Below are positions 1-9,870 of a stretch of DNA of 64,000 bases, one piece after another; within the stretch, counting starts at the first letter, position 1; the number at the start of each line of letters is the position of its first letter. Source of the DNA: Candidatus Acidiferrales bacterium (GTDB taxonomy: Bacteria > Acidobacteriota > Terriglobia > Acidiferrales > UBA7541); assembly GCA_038238965.1 (NCBI GenBank), contig JBBSFG010000001.1, positions 7,554 to 71,553 of the forward strand, given 5' to 3'. Below the pieces are notes generated by a model, which was not told the origin of the DNA, did not search any database, and worked only from the letters and a program-made list of their open reading frames with translations. Made by a program: the position numbers and the translations under genes.

Positions 1-779
1 GCGGTGGTAAAACGGCGGCCGCTGAGGTTGTTGGCGCAGACCAAACGGTTCAAGTCGGTGACCAATTCGGAGAGCGAACTGGGCGAGCCGGCCAGCGCGC
101 GCAAGCTGGCCTGAAAGTTGGACATCATCATAGCGGCGGGAACGCTCTTGCCGGCCACGTCGGCGACGGCGAGAAGCAGAGGTCCGTCATTGGCGCGGCG
201 AAAAGCGTCGTAGTAATCGCCGGCCACCATATTCGCCGGGCGCATGACGAAGGCCATATCCACGCCGGGAATTTGCGGAGGGACACGGGGGACGAGCAAG
301 CGCTGGATTTCGCGGGCGATTTCGATGTCGCGCTTCATGGTGACGTGGTCGCCAAGGACCAGCAGCAACAAAAGCAGCAAGCCGCTGAAGGCGATAACGA
401 ACTCGACCTGCGTGGTGATGAATAAAAATTCAAATCCCACAGTCGCGAGAGCCGCGACGATCAGCGTAGCCAAAAGAAATACGCGACGCGCGGGCGACAA
501 TTTTGCAAGGATGGCCCGGAAGAGCGCGGCGGCTACGCGAAAGGGCTGCTTCCAGGAGCGTTGCGCCGGCCGCTCCGGCAGGTTGGCATCCTGTTTGTAA
601 AGGCGAGTGCTGGCCTGGGCTTCGGATTTGAATTGCGACCACAGCTCGTTGAGCTCCAAACCGTTGGTTAAATGGCGCCAACTGTCCCTGGTTTGCCAGC
701 GCGCGCGGCGCCATTCCATCCGGGCTGTGTTGTAGGAGCGTTTCATTCCGGTGGCGGCGCTGCCGGCAATTTTTTTCAT
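1..779 (-). CDS. SpoIIE/PP2C-family serine phosphatase with an N-terminal membrane segment (3' end runs off the window)
   Basis: Absent from the ORF track because it is truncated. My reverse-complement translation is open and reads ...LLLLLLVLGDHVTMKRDIEIAREIQRLLVPRVPPQIPGVDMAFVMRPANMVAGDYYDAFRRANDGPLLLAVADVAGKSVPAAMMMSNFQASLRAL... This shows the GDYYD and ADVxGKxxxAA motifs of SpoIIE/RsbU-type PP2C domains after a hydrophobic stretch. There is an ATG at 779, but the frame stays open to 953, so the start is uncertain. Confidence 0.7.
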   Translation of the reverse strand, partial: MKKIAGSAATGMKRSYNTARMEWRRARWQTRDSWRHLTNGLELNELWSQFKSEAQASTRLYKQDANLPERPAQRSWKQPFRVAAALFRAILAKLSPARRVFLLATLIVAALATVGFEFLFITTQVEFVIAFSGLLLLLLLVLGDHVTMKRDIEIAREIQRLLVPRVPPQIPGVDMAFVMRPANMVAGDYYDAFRRANDGPLLLAVADVAGKSVPAAMMMSNFQASLRALAGSPSSLSELVTDLNRLVCANNLSGRRFTT

Positions 780-1160
780 CCCGTTTCGATTGCCGGATGT
801 TTCGCTGGAGCGAGGCTCATCGGAGCGAGCTTCATCCACGAGTCGTTCAGTGGGATGTGTTTCCTCGGGGCGGTCTGGCTTGGGCAATTGCTCGATTTCC
901 GGTGGCAACTGGGGTCCTCGATTGGTTGAGTCCTGGGCGCTATATCTTTGATGCTACGCGCGACTGATTGGGATGAGGGTGCGAATCGTTGCGGTTGTCC
1001 AACTGTCCATCGCCGCGATTTCGTAGAGAAGGTGCGTTCCAGGGCGCGCTCAGGTCACTGTAAATTCAGTGAGATTTTCGGGCCACAAAATTTAAAGAAC
1101 CGATACGCACTACTGCCAAAACTTAAAGGGGAAATTCGGCGAGCGCGGCGCAGGCTCAGT

Positions 1161-1697
1161 TTACGCGGGGGCTTCCGTGGCTTTATCCGCGGGGTGAATG
1201 ACGACCTGGCGTTCTTCGCCCATGCCGATGCTTTCGGTGCGGACACCGGGGATGTCTTTGAGGGCGAGATGCACGATGCGGCGCTCGCGCGAGGACATGG
1301 GGTTGAGGCGGAACGGCTGCCGGGAGCTTTCGACGCGCTCGGCAGCGACTTTGGCGGTCATGCGGAGTTCTTCGAAGCGCAGGGCGCGGTAGCCGCCGCA
1401 ATCGACGTGAATTTTTTCGTGGAAGGCGGGCTCGAGGCGGAGAGCGCGGAATGCGAGATGCTCGATGGCTTTCAGCACCTCAGCGTTTCGTTCGAGCAGG
1501 ATTTCTTTGTCGCGGCCGTCGAGGTCGGCGATGACTTCGGCGTGGCCTTCCATGCCGGCGTTTTCGGGGGCGACGGCGTGGACGTTTACTTTGAGCTCTA
1601 GTCCTGCTGCGCGCACGCTGTCGTCGAGAAATTTCTGCAGCGCGTCCGCAGTGGCGGTGCGATCGAGTTTGCCGTCGCGAATGAGGTTGGGGATCAT
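1161..1697 (-). CDS. jag: Jag/KhpB-type RNA-binding protein (KH + R3H)
   Basis: 178 aa. The C-terminal sequence ...RLNPMSSRERRIVHLALKDIPGVRTESIGMGEERQVVIHP is an R3H signature. It lies directly downstream of yidC, as in the conserved yidC-jag pair. Confidence 0.8.
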   Translation of the reverse strand: MIPNLIRDGKLDRTATADALQKFLDDSVRAAGLELKVNVHAVAPENAGMEGHAEVIADLDGRDKEILLERNAEVLKAIEHLAFRALRLEPAFHEKIHVDCGGYRALRFEELRMTAKVAAERVESSRQPFRLNPMSSRERRIVHLALKDIPGVRTESIGMGEERQVVIHPADKATEAPA

Positions 1698-1757
1698 AGG
1701 CTGCTCGAACGAAGCAGTACGCGTGCTTTCGTTAGTCTCCTTTCCGAATCGGGCGAA

Positions 1758-3527
1758 TCAGGATTTTTTACCACGAACTGGTTTTGTTGTAACAGGTGCC
1801 GGAATCACGGGATGGTGGCGGTTCAAATACCACTGCTGGCCAATGCCGACGACGCTGCTGGTGAGAATATACACCGCCAAGCCGCTGGAAATGGGCGAAA
1901 TCATGAAGATGCCTGCCATGGCCACGGGCATGACCTTCATCATCATCTGCTGCTGCGGGTCGGTGGAGGTAACCGGCGTCATTTTTGAAACCAGATACAT
2001 GGAGACGCCCATCATGACGGGCAGAATGTAGTAGGGATCGCGGGCGGAAAGATCGGTGATCCAGCCGAACCAGCGCGCGTGACGCATTTCGATGGCGAAG
2101 CGCAGAGCGTTATTCAAGCCAAACCAGATGGGCATCTGCAAAAGCATGGGCACGCAGCCGCCGACGGGATTGATACCCTCGCGGCTGTAGACGGCCATCA
2201 CTTCTTTATTCATCTCCGCCTTGCGCGGATCGTTCATTTTGTATTTCTTGAAGCGTTCCTGGATAGTTTTGACTTCCGGCCCGACGCGCTGCATTTTCAG
2301 CGTGGTTTTATAGCTGGAGACGCGCAAGGGAAATAGCACCATGTTGATAACGATGGTGAGAACAACGATGGCCCAACCCCAGTTGGGAATATATTTGTAA
2401 ATCCACTTGAGGCCGTGGAAGAGCGGATCGGCGATGAACTCCATCCATCCAAAATTGACGAGACCATGGAGCGGCGGGTTCATGCGCTTGAGGTCGTCGT
2501 AATCTTTGGGGCCAACGTAAACGCGCAGGGCGAGGGTCTGCGGGCCGCTGGCGGTGGCCACTTCCGGGACGGGTTCAGCGATTTGCTGGCCGTTAGCCTG
2601 CGCGGGGTGATAGTCCTTCCAGAAGCGGGTTTGCAGCGTGCCGGGCGCGGCGCCATTCGGCGGCAGGAATGCGGCAGTGAAGTAGCGGTCTTCGATGCCG
2701 GCGAAATCCTTTCCGCCCTGCCAGACAGAGGGCGGCCAATGATCGAGCCCCTCGAGCTTTTTGTAGGGGAAGTTGGTGATTTTTCCGCTCTCGGAATAGT
2801 AGGTGGTTACGGTTTCGACCGGCGCGGGATTGGTGACGGTGAGATCGCCGAATCCGCCGAGCCACGCCAGGCCGGCGGTGATGGGCTTGCCGTCGAGTTT
2901 GGCGGTGGCGTCAACATGGACTACATAACTGTGATCGAAACGATAGCGCTTGGTGACTTCCAGGTGGCCGTCGCTCCAAGAGAAGTCCACCGTGGCGGGC
3001 GCCTGGAGAACGCTACCGGCGCCAGCGGGAGAAAGTTGGTAGAGACCGCTATTAGCGGCTTTTTCCAGGTCGGGATTATCGAGAACCAGGGCGAAGGGCC
3101 ACCCGCCGGTTTGCTGCGCGGCTTCAGGATGGACAACATCGAGGACGCGCTGTGGCTTGCTGTCGTCCATGTACTTCGAGAGCTGCCAACTTTTAACCAC
3201 GGCGCCGCGATTGGAGATTTCCACGCGATATAAATCGTTTTGGACAACGATAGAACGTTCTTCGTTGTCGGCTTTAGCAGCGACGGCGACCGGCGCGGCA
3301 GTGGACGCCGCGGAATTTTTGACGGCAGAAGCTGGCGTACTGGGAGTTGCCGGCGAAACGGCGGAGGGCGTCTGCGGTCCAGTGATGGCGGGCTTGGACT
3401 GTGGCGGAGTGATTGGCGGCTTGGGGGCAAAAAACTTGACCCATATAAGAATGACCAGCATGGAGAGCAGCGAGGCGCCCAGAATTCTCATTTCGGGCGA
3501 TTTCAGGCCGGCCGGGGGAGCGCTCAC
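1758..3527 (-). CDS. yidC: membrane protein insertase YidC
   Basis: 589 aa. It has an N-terminal TM, a large periplasmic domain and the C-terminal insertase core (...LFPLRVSSYKTTLKMQRVGPEVKTIQERFKKY...GGCVPMLLQMPIWFGL...). Synteny is rnpA-yidD-yidC-jag. The GTG start overlaps the yidD stop as GTGA. Confidence 0.93.
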   Translation of the reverse strand: MSAPPAGLKSPEMRILGASLLSMLVILIWVKFFAPKPPITPPQSKPAITGPQTPSAVSPATPSTPASAVKNSAASTAAPVAVAAKADNEERSIVVQNDLYRVEISNRGAVVKSWQLSKYMDDSKPQRVLDVVHPEAAQQTGGWPFALVLDNPDLEKAANSGLYQLSPAGAGSVLQAPATVDFSWSDGHLEVTKRYRFDHSYVVHVDATAKLDGKPITAGLAWLGGFGDLTVTNPAPVETVTTYYSESGKITNFPYKKLEGLDHWPPSVWQGGKDFAGIEDRYFTAAFLPPNGAAPGTLQTRFWKDYHPAQANGQQIAEPVPEVATASGPQTLALRVYVGPKDYDDLKRMNPPLHGLVNFGWMEFIADPLFHGLKWIYKYIPNWGWAIVVLTIVINMVLFPLRVSSYKTTLKMQRVGPEVKTIQERFKKYKMNDPRKAEMNKEVMAVYSREGINPVGGCVPMLLQMPIWFGLNNALRFAIEMRHARWFGWITDLSARDPYYILPVMMGVSMYLVSKMTPVTSTDPQQQMMMKVMPVAMAGIFMISPISSGLAVYILTSSVVGIGQQWYLNRHHPVIPAPVTTKPVRGKKS

Positions 3528-3790
3528 GAATGCACCTCATCCGGAACCGGGTCGTGGCCAAATTTGCGAGAGAAGGGCTGACAGCGCGCGAGGCGCTTGA
3601 TGCCGAGCGAGATGCCGCGGGCTACGCCGAAGCGCTGGATGGCTTCGTAGGTGTAATTGGAGCAGGAAGGTTCGAAGCGGCAATTGCCGGCGAAGAGAAA
3701 AGATAAGTAGGCTTTATAAAAACGAATAGCAAAGAGCGCGGATTTAACAACCGCGGACGGCGCGTGCGCGTTTTCGGGCGTGGTGTTCAC
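3524..3790 (-). CDS. yidD: membrane protein insertion efficiency factor YidD
   Basis: C-terminal part of track ORF 3524..3907: ...FAIRFYKAYLSFLFAGNCRFEPSCSNYTYEAIQRFGVARGISLGIKRLARCQPF... I place the start at GTG 3790, which overlaps the rnpA stop as GTGA. The longer start at 3907 would overlap rnpA by about 120 nt. Confidence 0.85.
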   Translation of the reverse strand: MNTTPENAHAPSAVVKSALFAIRFYKAYLSFLFAGNCRFEPSCSNYTYEAIQRFGVARGISLGIKRLARCQPFSRKFGHDPVPDEVHS

Positions 3791-4092
3791 GGATTCAGCA
3801 GCAGGCGCAGCAGATCGGCAGTCAAAGTGGAGTGCTCCGACTTCGCGACTATGTTTTTCGGGTGAATGACGATGTCCCATCCCGACGGTATCTCCAAGCG
3901 ATGACAACGAACGGCCTCCCTCAAGCGGCGCCGGATACGATTTCGCACGACCGCGCCACCCAGAGCCTTCTTGATGCTGAAGCCGAAGCGGCTCCGTGGC
4001 AATTGATTGGCGCGAAAGAAAACGGTGAAGTGAGAACTGGAACGCCTCCGGCCGGCGCGATAAACGGCATCGAAGTCTCCGCGGCGCACCAA
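3787..4092 (-). CDS. rnpA: ribonuclease P protein component
   Basis: 101 aa and basic: ...RRGDFDAVYRAGRRRSSSHFTVFFRAN...KKALGGAVVRNRIRRRLREAV... It sits between rpmH and yidD. The start is TTG at 4092. The frame is open further upstream (...RLRFPRDARL) but has no ATG/GTG/TTG there, so the true start is uncertain. Confidence 0.85.
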   Translation of the reverse strand: MVRRGDFDAVYRAGRRRSSSHFTVFFRANQLPRSRFGFSIKKALGGAVVRNRIRRRLREAVRCHRLEIPSGWDIVIHPKNIVAKSEHSTLTADLLRLLLNP

Positions 4093-4126
4093 GCGGGCGT
4101 CGCGCGGAAAACGGAGGCGTTCTGTT

Positions 4127-4267
4127 TCATACGGGCGTGAGACGATGACGGCCCTTCTTACGGCGAGCGGCGAGGACCTTACGGCCTCCCGCGGTTTTCA
4201 TGCGTGCGCGGAAGCCATGCGTTTTGGCTCGGCGTCGTTTGCGCGGCTGGTATGTGCGCTTAGGCAA
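4127..4267 (-). CDS. rpmH: 50S ribosomal protein L34
   Basis: Last 46 codons of track ORF 4127..4471: (M)[45 protein letters not shown]. The TTG at 4267 is preceded by AAGGAGA 6 nt upstream. Confidence 0.9.
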   Translation of the reverse strand: MPKRTYQPRKRRRAKTHGFRARMKTAGGRKVLAARRKKGRHRLTPV

Positions 4268-4496
4268 AACAATTCTCCTTATAGTGCAAGGCCAGACGAA
4301 GGCCAAGACTGTTATGCGTTCGCAAACCCGTTGGTAAAAATGTGCGGGTGGATAGCGAACTACAGACCGCGGAGGCGGCTGGACTTGAATTGTTAAGTGT
4401 ATTCGAGGGTGGATGTTAGGGTCAAGAAAGCAGACGTATTGATTTGGGAGGCGATACGGTAACATTCGCAACCGCTGGTATCACGCGAGGGAAGAA

Positions 4497-6644
4497 ATGA
4501 AATTCATGGCTGGCAGGAAGTTACGGGGCATGAGAGCGCTGATTGGCGTGAGCGTGGGGCTTAGCGTGGTTGGGGGTTTGATGGCGCAGGTTGAGGGACC
4601 GGCGCAACAGCCAAGTGCGCCGGCCAAGGCGGGGACGACGCAGGCGGTGGAGGCGCGGTTGAAGGCCGCGGAGATACCGAGGGCTGCCTCGCCGATACAT
4701 GAGGTGGAGAAGACGCTGTTTTCGACGCGGCAATTTGGGCAGGCAGTGATTTCGCCGGATGGGAAGCGGGTGGCGTGGGTGGAGACGCTGATCGGGAAAG
4801 ACGGAGCGCCGTCGGGGGATACGGCGATTTATGTTTCGGAGTTGGAGACGAAGGCTGCGCCGAAACGTCTTACTGCGGGAGCGCGAAGTAGCGCGAGTGC
4901 GGGCGCTGAGTCCAAGGCTGGCGGAAAAGATCACGAAGAGGGGAACGTTGCGTGGTCGCCGGACAGCCAACGGATTGCGTTTTTGTCGGACCTGGCGAAA
5001 GCGGGGCAACGGCAGCTTTACGTGGTGAGCGCGGCGCGTGGGGTGGCAAAGAAGCTGACCAGCGTGAAGGGATATCTGGCGACGCCGAAGTGGTCGCCGG
5101 ACGGAAAGACGGTTGCCGTTTTATTTACCGAGAACGCTACGCGGGCAGCGGGGCCGCTGGTGGCGGAAACTCCCATGACGGGGGAGATAAAGGATGCGTT
5201 TTACGAGCAACGGCTGGCGGTGGTGGACGTGGCGTCCGGAAAACTGCGGCAGATCTCGCCGGCGGACACTTATATATATGAATACGACTGGTCGCCGGAC
5301 GGATTGCGGTTTGCCGTGACTGCGGCGTTGGGGAACGGGGACAACAACTGGTGGATCGCGGAGCTGTACACGCTGGAAGGCGCGGGCGGCTTGATGAAAG
5401 CGATGTACAAGCCGCATCTGCAGATAGCGAACCCGGTGTGGTCTCCGGATGGGGAGCGCGTGGCGTTCATCGAAGGCTTGATGAGCGATGAGGGATTGAC
5501 GGGCGGCGATATTTTTACGGTGCCGGCGGCGGGAGGAAGTGCGGAGAACGTAACTCCCGAGGCGAAGGCGTCGGCGAGCTGGATCGGGTGGACGCCGGAG
5601 AAAAAGATTATGGTGGGCGCAATTGTGGGAGGAGATTCCGGGATTGCGACCGTCGACCCAAACAGTCAAGAGATTGAAGTGCTGTGGAGGGGCGGAGAGT
5701 ATTTGATGGCGGACGGGGACGTTCACTGTCCGACGATTTCGCTGGCGAAGGATGGCAAGACCATGGCGTTTGTGCGGCAGTCGTATGCCGCGCCGCCGGA
5801 AGTGTGGGCCGGAGAAGTGGGCGCGTGGAAACAGATCACGCGACGCAACGGAGGCGTGACGCGCGGGTGGGGCGACGCAAAAAGTATTCAGTGGAAGAGC
5901 AGCGGGCACGAAGTGCAGGGATGGCTGGTGTATCCGAAGGATTTCGATGCGGCGAAGAAATATCCGCTGGTGGTTTCCGTGCATGGCGGGCCAAGCTGGG
6001 CTTCATTTTCGCAATGGCCTTCGCCGCATGATTACGCGTCGGCGCTGGCGGGAGCGGGCTATTTTGTGTTGCGGCCCAATCCGCGAGGGAGTTTTGGAAG
6101 AGGCGAGGCATTCACGCGGGCGAACGTGCGAGATTTTGGCGAGGGCGATTTTGCAGACATCCTGGCGGGCGTGGACGAGGCCATGCGGGTGGCGCCGATC
6201 GACGAGAACAGGCTGGGGCTGACGGGGTGGAGCTACGGCGGATTCATGACCATGTTTGGGGTGACGCAGACGAACCGGTTCAAAGCGGCGATGGCCGGAG
6301 CGGGAATTTCGAACTGGCAAAGCTACTACGGGGAGAATCTGATCGACCAGTGGATGATTCCGTTTTTTGGCAAGTCGGTGTACGACGACCCGCAAATTTA
6401 CGCCAAGGCCTCGGCGCTGAACTTCATCAAAAAGGTGAAAACGCCGACGTTGATTATCGTGGGAGACAGCGACGGAGAATGCCCCACGCCGCAGTCGTAC
6501 GAATTCTGGCACGCGCTGAAAGCCCAGGGAGTGGAGACGCAACTGGTAGTGTACGAGCACGAGGGGCACATGTTCGTGAAACCGGCGCACCAGCGGGACG
6601 TGATCGAAACAACGCTGGGATGGTTTGACGCGCATTTGAAATGA
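4497..6644 (+). CDS. secreted S9-family serine peptidase (prolyl oligopeptidase / acylaminoacyl-peptidase type) with an N-terminal beta-propeller
   Basis: 715 aa with a signal-like N-terminus. It has repeated WSPDG propeller motifs, the nucleophile elbow GLTGWSYGG, and ...DGECP...EGHMF near the C-terminus. Confidence 0.85.
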   Translation: MKFMAGRKLRGMRALIGVSVGLSVVGGLMAQVEGPAQQPSAPAKAGTTQAVEARLKAAEIPRAASPIHEVEKTLFSTRQFGQAVISPDGKRVAWVETLIGKDGAPSGDTAIYVSELETKAAPKRLTAGARSSASAGAESKAGGKDHEEGNVAWSPDSQRIAFLSDLAKAGQRQLYVVSAARGVAKKLTSVKGYLATPKWSPDGKTVAVLFTENATRAAGPLVAETPMTGEIKDAFYEQRLAVVDVASGKLRQISPADTYIYEYDWSPDGLRFAVTAALGNGDNNWWIAELYTLEGAGGLMKAMYKPHLQIANPVWSPDGERVAFIEGLMSDEGLTGGDIFTVPAAGGSAENVTPEAKASASWIGWTPEKKIMVGAIVGGDSGIATVDPNSQEIEVLWRGGEYLMADGDVHCPTISLAKDGKTMAFVRQSYAAPPEVWAGEVGAWKQITRRNGGVTRGWGDAKSIQWKSSGHEVQGWLVYPKDFDAAKKYPLVVSVHGGPSWASFSQWPSPHDYASALAGAGYFVLRPNPRGSFGRGEAFTRANVRDFGEGDFADILAGVDEAMRVAPIDENRLGLTGWSYGGFMTMFGVTQTNRFKAAMAGAGISNWQSYYGENLIDQWMIPFFGKSVYDDPQIYAKASALNFIKKVKTPTLIIVGDSDGECPTPQSYEFWHALKAQGVETQLVVYEHEGHMFVKPAHQRDVIETTLGWFDAHLK

Positions 6645-6697
6645 GCGATTCCGTGCTGGAAAACACGGGAACAATTCAATAGGCTAGAACCTGTTCT

Positions 6698-9600
6698 ATG
6701 AACTTGGTAACGGGATGGAAGATGACTTTCGCGACCCGATCGCTGGCCGTTTTAATTTTGTACGCGTTGTCGACGCCCTTTTTAGCGGCACAGAACCCGC
6801 GCGGAGCGCTACGGGGGGTGGTGCAAGACGCCAGTGGCGGGCGAATCAGCGGCGCGAACGTGATGGTTACCTCGGCGGATGCATCGACGGAACGCAAAGT
6901 GAAAACTAGCGAACGCGGCGAGTTTCGCGTGGATGATTTATTGCCGGGCAGGTACGTCGTTCGCATCGAGTTACAAGGATGCGAACCGGTGGAATCGCGT
7001 GTGGAAGTGCAGTTGAGCTCGGCGCGCGACGTAAATGTGACGCTGAAGCCGGGAAGTGTGCGACAGGAAGTGAAAGTGAGCGCGGAGGCGTCTTCGATCA
7101 CCATGCAGCCGGTGGATGTGTCGAGCACAGTGCAACAAGGAGTCGTGACGGCGTACGACCTGCGTGAAATTCCGCTGGCGCACCGAAGCTTCGCGAATAT
7201 TGCGTACCTGGTGCCGGGAACAGAACCGGTGGAACCATCGGACCCGTCCAAAGCGCGCATTACGGCGGTGTCGACGGGCGGAAGCTCGGGATTGAATAAC
7301 GAGCTTTCCGTCGATGGCGTGGATAATTCGGACGACTACATCGGTGGATTTTTGCAGAATTTCTCTCCGGAATCGATCGAGGAGTTTGCGTTTCGGACCT
7401 CGCAGGAGAACGCGGATACGGGGCGGACGACGGCTGGTTCGGTGCTGATCAGCACGCGCCGCGGCACGGACGACCTGCATGGTGAATTTGCGTTTTACGA
7501 GCGCGCAGCGGGAATGAACGCGCGCTTTCCGATTGAAAATCCGGCGCCGGACCCCAAGCAGCCGTTTTCAAGACAAAATTATGTGGGCGACGTGGGCGGA
7601 GCGATCAAGCCAGGAAAGCTGTGGTTTTTCTCTTCGTTCGAATACGTGCACGAAAACGCCAGCATCGCGTACAGCCCGAGCAGCCAGGATGAGTTCACTG
7701 CGTTGGCGTCGTTGGCTTCACAGAGATTGATTTCGGGAGTCGATTCGATTGCGGTGCCAAAAAATACTCCTGTGCCATTTAATGATTTTCTGGGAATGGC
7801 ACGGCTGGACTGGAAGCAGTCGGCGCGCTCACAGTGGTTTCTGCGGGCGTCAGCGGACAGCTATCTGACGAAGAACGATTTGATCCAGCAGGGCACGCTG
7901 CCGTCGACGGGAGCGACTTCGCATTCAAACTATTTCAACCTGGCAGTGGGCGAACAATTCACGTTCAGCCCCACATGGGTAGGGTCATTTTTATTTGGGG
8001 CCAGCACACTGCACCGCACTGAAGAACGCAACGCCACGCAGGGATTCACGCTTGATTTTCCGTTTAGCGCCAGCTTCCGGACGATTTCAGGGTTGGATAC
8101 TTTTGGCGACAACCAATTCTCCACGGCGATTACGGCGTTTCCCGTGCTGCGCAACCAGGAGAAATACCAGTTTCGCTATGATGTGAGCCATTCTTCCGGG
8201 CGGCACGCGCCAAGCTTTGGAATTAATTTTATTCATGAACCGGTATTGAGCGGAGCGCTTTCGGGCACGGCGGATACCGTGCTGGCATACCCGGAGGATC
8301 CGAGTTTTTACGCCGCGAACCCGTCGGAGTTTTTCTTCAGCCCAGGTTGCGTGGACCAGCCCGACCTGACATCTGGAATTACATGCGCGCCGATACCGGC
8401 GGGAGACGGGGCTTTTTCTCAGAGTGTGCGGCGGTTGGGATTGTATGCACAGGATTCATGGCGGGTGACGCGACACCTCACGGTGAATTACGGGTTGCGC
8501 TACGACACGACGTTTGGGCTTTTCAATGGGTCGGGACGCAGCCAACTGCAGAATCCTGCCTATTTGACGCTGCAGGCGCTGCAGATTCCGCTGGTGAATG
8601 GAGCGCCGCACGATTATCGCAGGGCGGTGGCGCCGCGATTGGGAATTGCGTACGCGCCTGGATCGTCAGGGCGCGATGTGATTCGCGCCGGAATTGGTTT
8701 GTATTATGGCGATTTGGCGCAAAACGGTTGGGTGGGCGCGATTCAGTCCGTGAATGCTGCGCCGTTGCCGTGCACGAATGCAATTGGCCCAACGCCCGAT
8801 CCCGGATGCGTGCCGGGAGCAGCGGTGGGAGGCGCAGGAGCGCTGATCGATCCGCACTACAAGACTCCTTATTCGGTGCATGCCAGCTTGGGATTTGAGC
8901 ATGCGTTCAATGCGAACTGGACGGGGGGCGCGAGCTGGGTGGACGAGCAAAGCGTGCATGGTTATCAGAACTACAGTTACACGCCGGGCTTCACCTTGTT
9001 CACGCCATTGTTTCCGGCGAACGACACCGCGGATCAGATGCAATTCGTGCCGGCGGTCACAGTAGCGCACTCGAGCAACCGCTCAAATTACGAAGCATTG
9101 CTGGTGCACGTGCAGGGAAACGTTTCGCGGCGATTCAATGTGATCGCGAACTACTCGTATTCCAAGGCGCAGACGTGGGGCTGCATCCTGGGAGAGCTGT
9201 CCGATTATGTGAATGGAGTTTGCAATCCACTGAACCCGTTCGGAGCGGGAGATTATGGGCCATCCGGGGAAGACGTCGGCAGCCGCATGGTGGTGGCGGG
9301 GATTTTTCACGCTCCGGCAGGATTTGCGGTGAGCTTGCTGTTTCAGGCGGAAGGCGCGCGGCCGATTACGTTGACTACGCCGGTGGATGTAAACGGATTG
9401 GGCGATCCGGGCAGTGATCGCGCGGTGGTGAACGGGGTGCAGACGAAGCTGGACCAGTTTCGCGGGACTCCTTACGTGCAGGCGGATTTGCGGGTCAGCC
9501 GGCCATTTACTTTTCATGAGCGATGGTCGGTGACGCCGTTCATTGAATTTTTCAATCTATTTAATCGCAACAATCCGGGCGCGAACTATGTAACGGATAT

Positions 9601-9799
9601 CAGCGCGCTGCCAACTCCCGTGAATGATTTGTCGAATGCGACGGCGTTTTGTTTAAATGCGGATTGTTCGCAGACGAAGCCGATTACCAGTGCGAAGCAG
9701 TTGCTGGTGCCGGCCGGCGGATTGGGAGACTTCTTCGGGCCCGGGACGACGGTGGGGATTCCGTTCGCGGCGCAGGTGGGATTTCGCGTTACGTTTTAG
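6698..9799 (+). CDS. TonB-dependent-receptor-like outer-membrane protein with an N-terminal CarboxypepD_reg domain
   Basis: 1033 aa with a signal peptide (alternative start ATG 6722). The CarboxypepD_reg-like segment is GALRGVVQDASGGRISGANVMVTS...GEFRVDDLLPGRYVVRIE. A plug-like segment follows (...LSVDGVDNSDDY...). The barrel ends ...AAQVGFRVTF with a terminal aromatic residue. Confidence 0.8.
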   Translation: MNLVTGWKMTFATRSLAVLILYALSTPFLAAQNPRGALRGVVQDASGGRISGANVMVTSADASTERKVKTSERGEFRVDDLLPGRYVVRIELQGCEPVESRVEVQLSSARDVNVTLKPGSVRQEVKVSAEASSITMQPVDVSSTVQQGVVTAYDLREIPLAHRSFANIAYLVPGTEPVEPSDPSKARITAVSTGGSSGLNNELSVDGVDNSDDYIGGFLQNFSPESIEEFAFRTSQENADTGRTTAGSVLISTRRGTDDLHGEFAFYERAAGMNARFPIENPAPDPKQPFSRQNYVGDVGGAIKPGKLWFFSSFEYVHENASIAYSPSSQDEFTALASLASQRLISGVDSIAVPKNTPVPFNDFLGMARLDWKQSARSQWFLRASADSYLTKNDLIQQGTLPSTGATSHSNYFNLAVGEQFTFSPTWVGSFLFGASTLHRTEERNATQGFTLDFPFSASFRTISGLDTFGDNQFSTAITAFPVLRNQEKYQFRYDVSHSSGRHAPSFGINFIHEPVLSGALSGTADTVLAYPEDPSFYAANPSEFFFSPGCVDQPDLTSGITCAPIPAGDGAFSQSVRRLGLYAQDSWRVTRHLTVNYGLRYDTTFGLFNGSGRSQLQNPAYLTLQALQIPLVNGAPHDYRRAVAPRLGIAYAPGSSGRDVIRAGIGLYYGDLAQNGWVGAIQSVNAAPLPCTNAIGPTPDPGCVPGAAVGGAGALIDPHYKTPYSVHASLGFEHAFNANWTGGASWVDEQSVHGYQNYSYTPGFTLFTPLFPANDTADQMQFVPAVTVAHSSNRSNYEALLVHVQGNVSRRFNVIANYSYSKAQTWGCILGELSDYVNGVCNPLNPFGAGDYGPSGEDVGSRMVVAGIFHAPAGFAVSLLFQAEGARPITLTTPVDVNGLGDPGSDRAVVNGVQTKLDQFRGTPYVQADLRVSRPFTFHERWSVTPFIEFFNLFNRNNPGANYVTDISALPTPVNDLSNATAFCLNADCSQTKPITSAKQLLVPAGGLGDFFGPGTTVGIPFAAQVGFRVTF

Positions 9800-9870
9800 G
9801 CGCATTTGTGAAGTGAAAGGGCGCTCGGCGGACGTTGTTGGATTCACAGCGGCGCGGGGAGTGCGTTTGA

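Noticed and set aside
3921-4130. An ATG-initiated 69-aa ORF overlapping the 5' end of rnpA in another frame, considered as an alternative rnpA start via a frameshift.
   Set aside because: Its translation ([20 protein letters not shown]...) has no RnpA similarity. The RnpA motifs are all in the TTG-4092 frame, and I see no slippery sequence.
4347-4416. DnaA-box-like 9-mers (GGTGGATAG at 4347-55 and GGTGGATGT at 4408-16) in the spacer upstream of rpmH, as a possible oriC.
   Set aside because: There are only two boxes, each with 2-3 mismatches to TGTGGATAA. No AT-rich unwinding element and no dnaA gene lie nearby. This cannot be distinguished from chance without a skew analysis.
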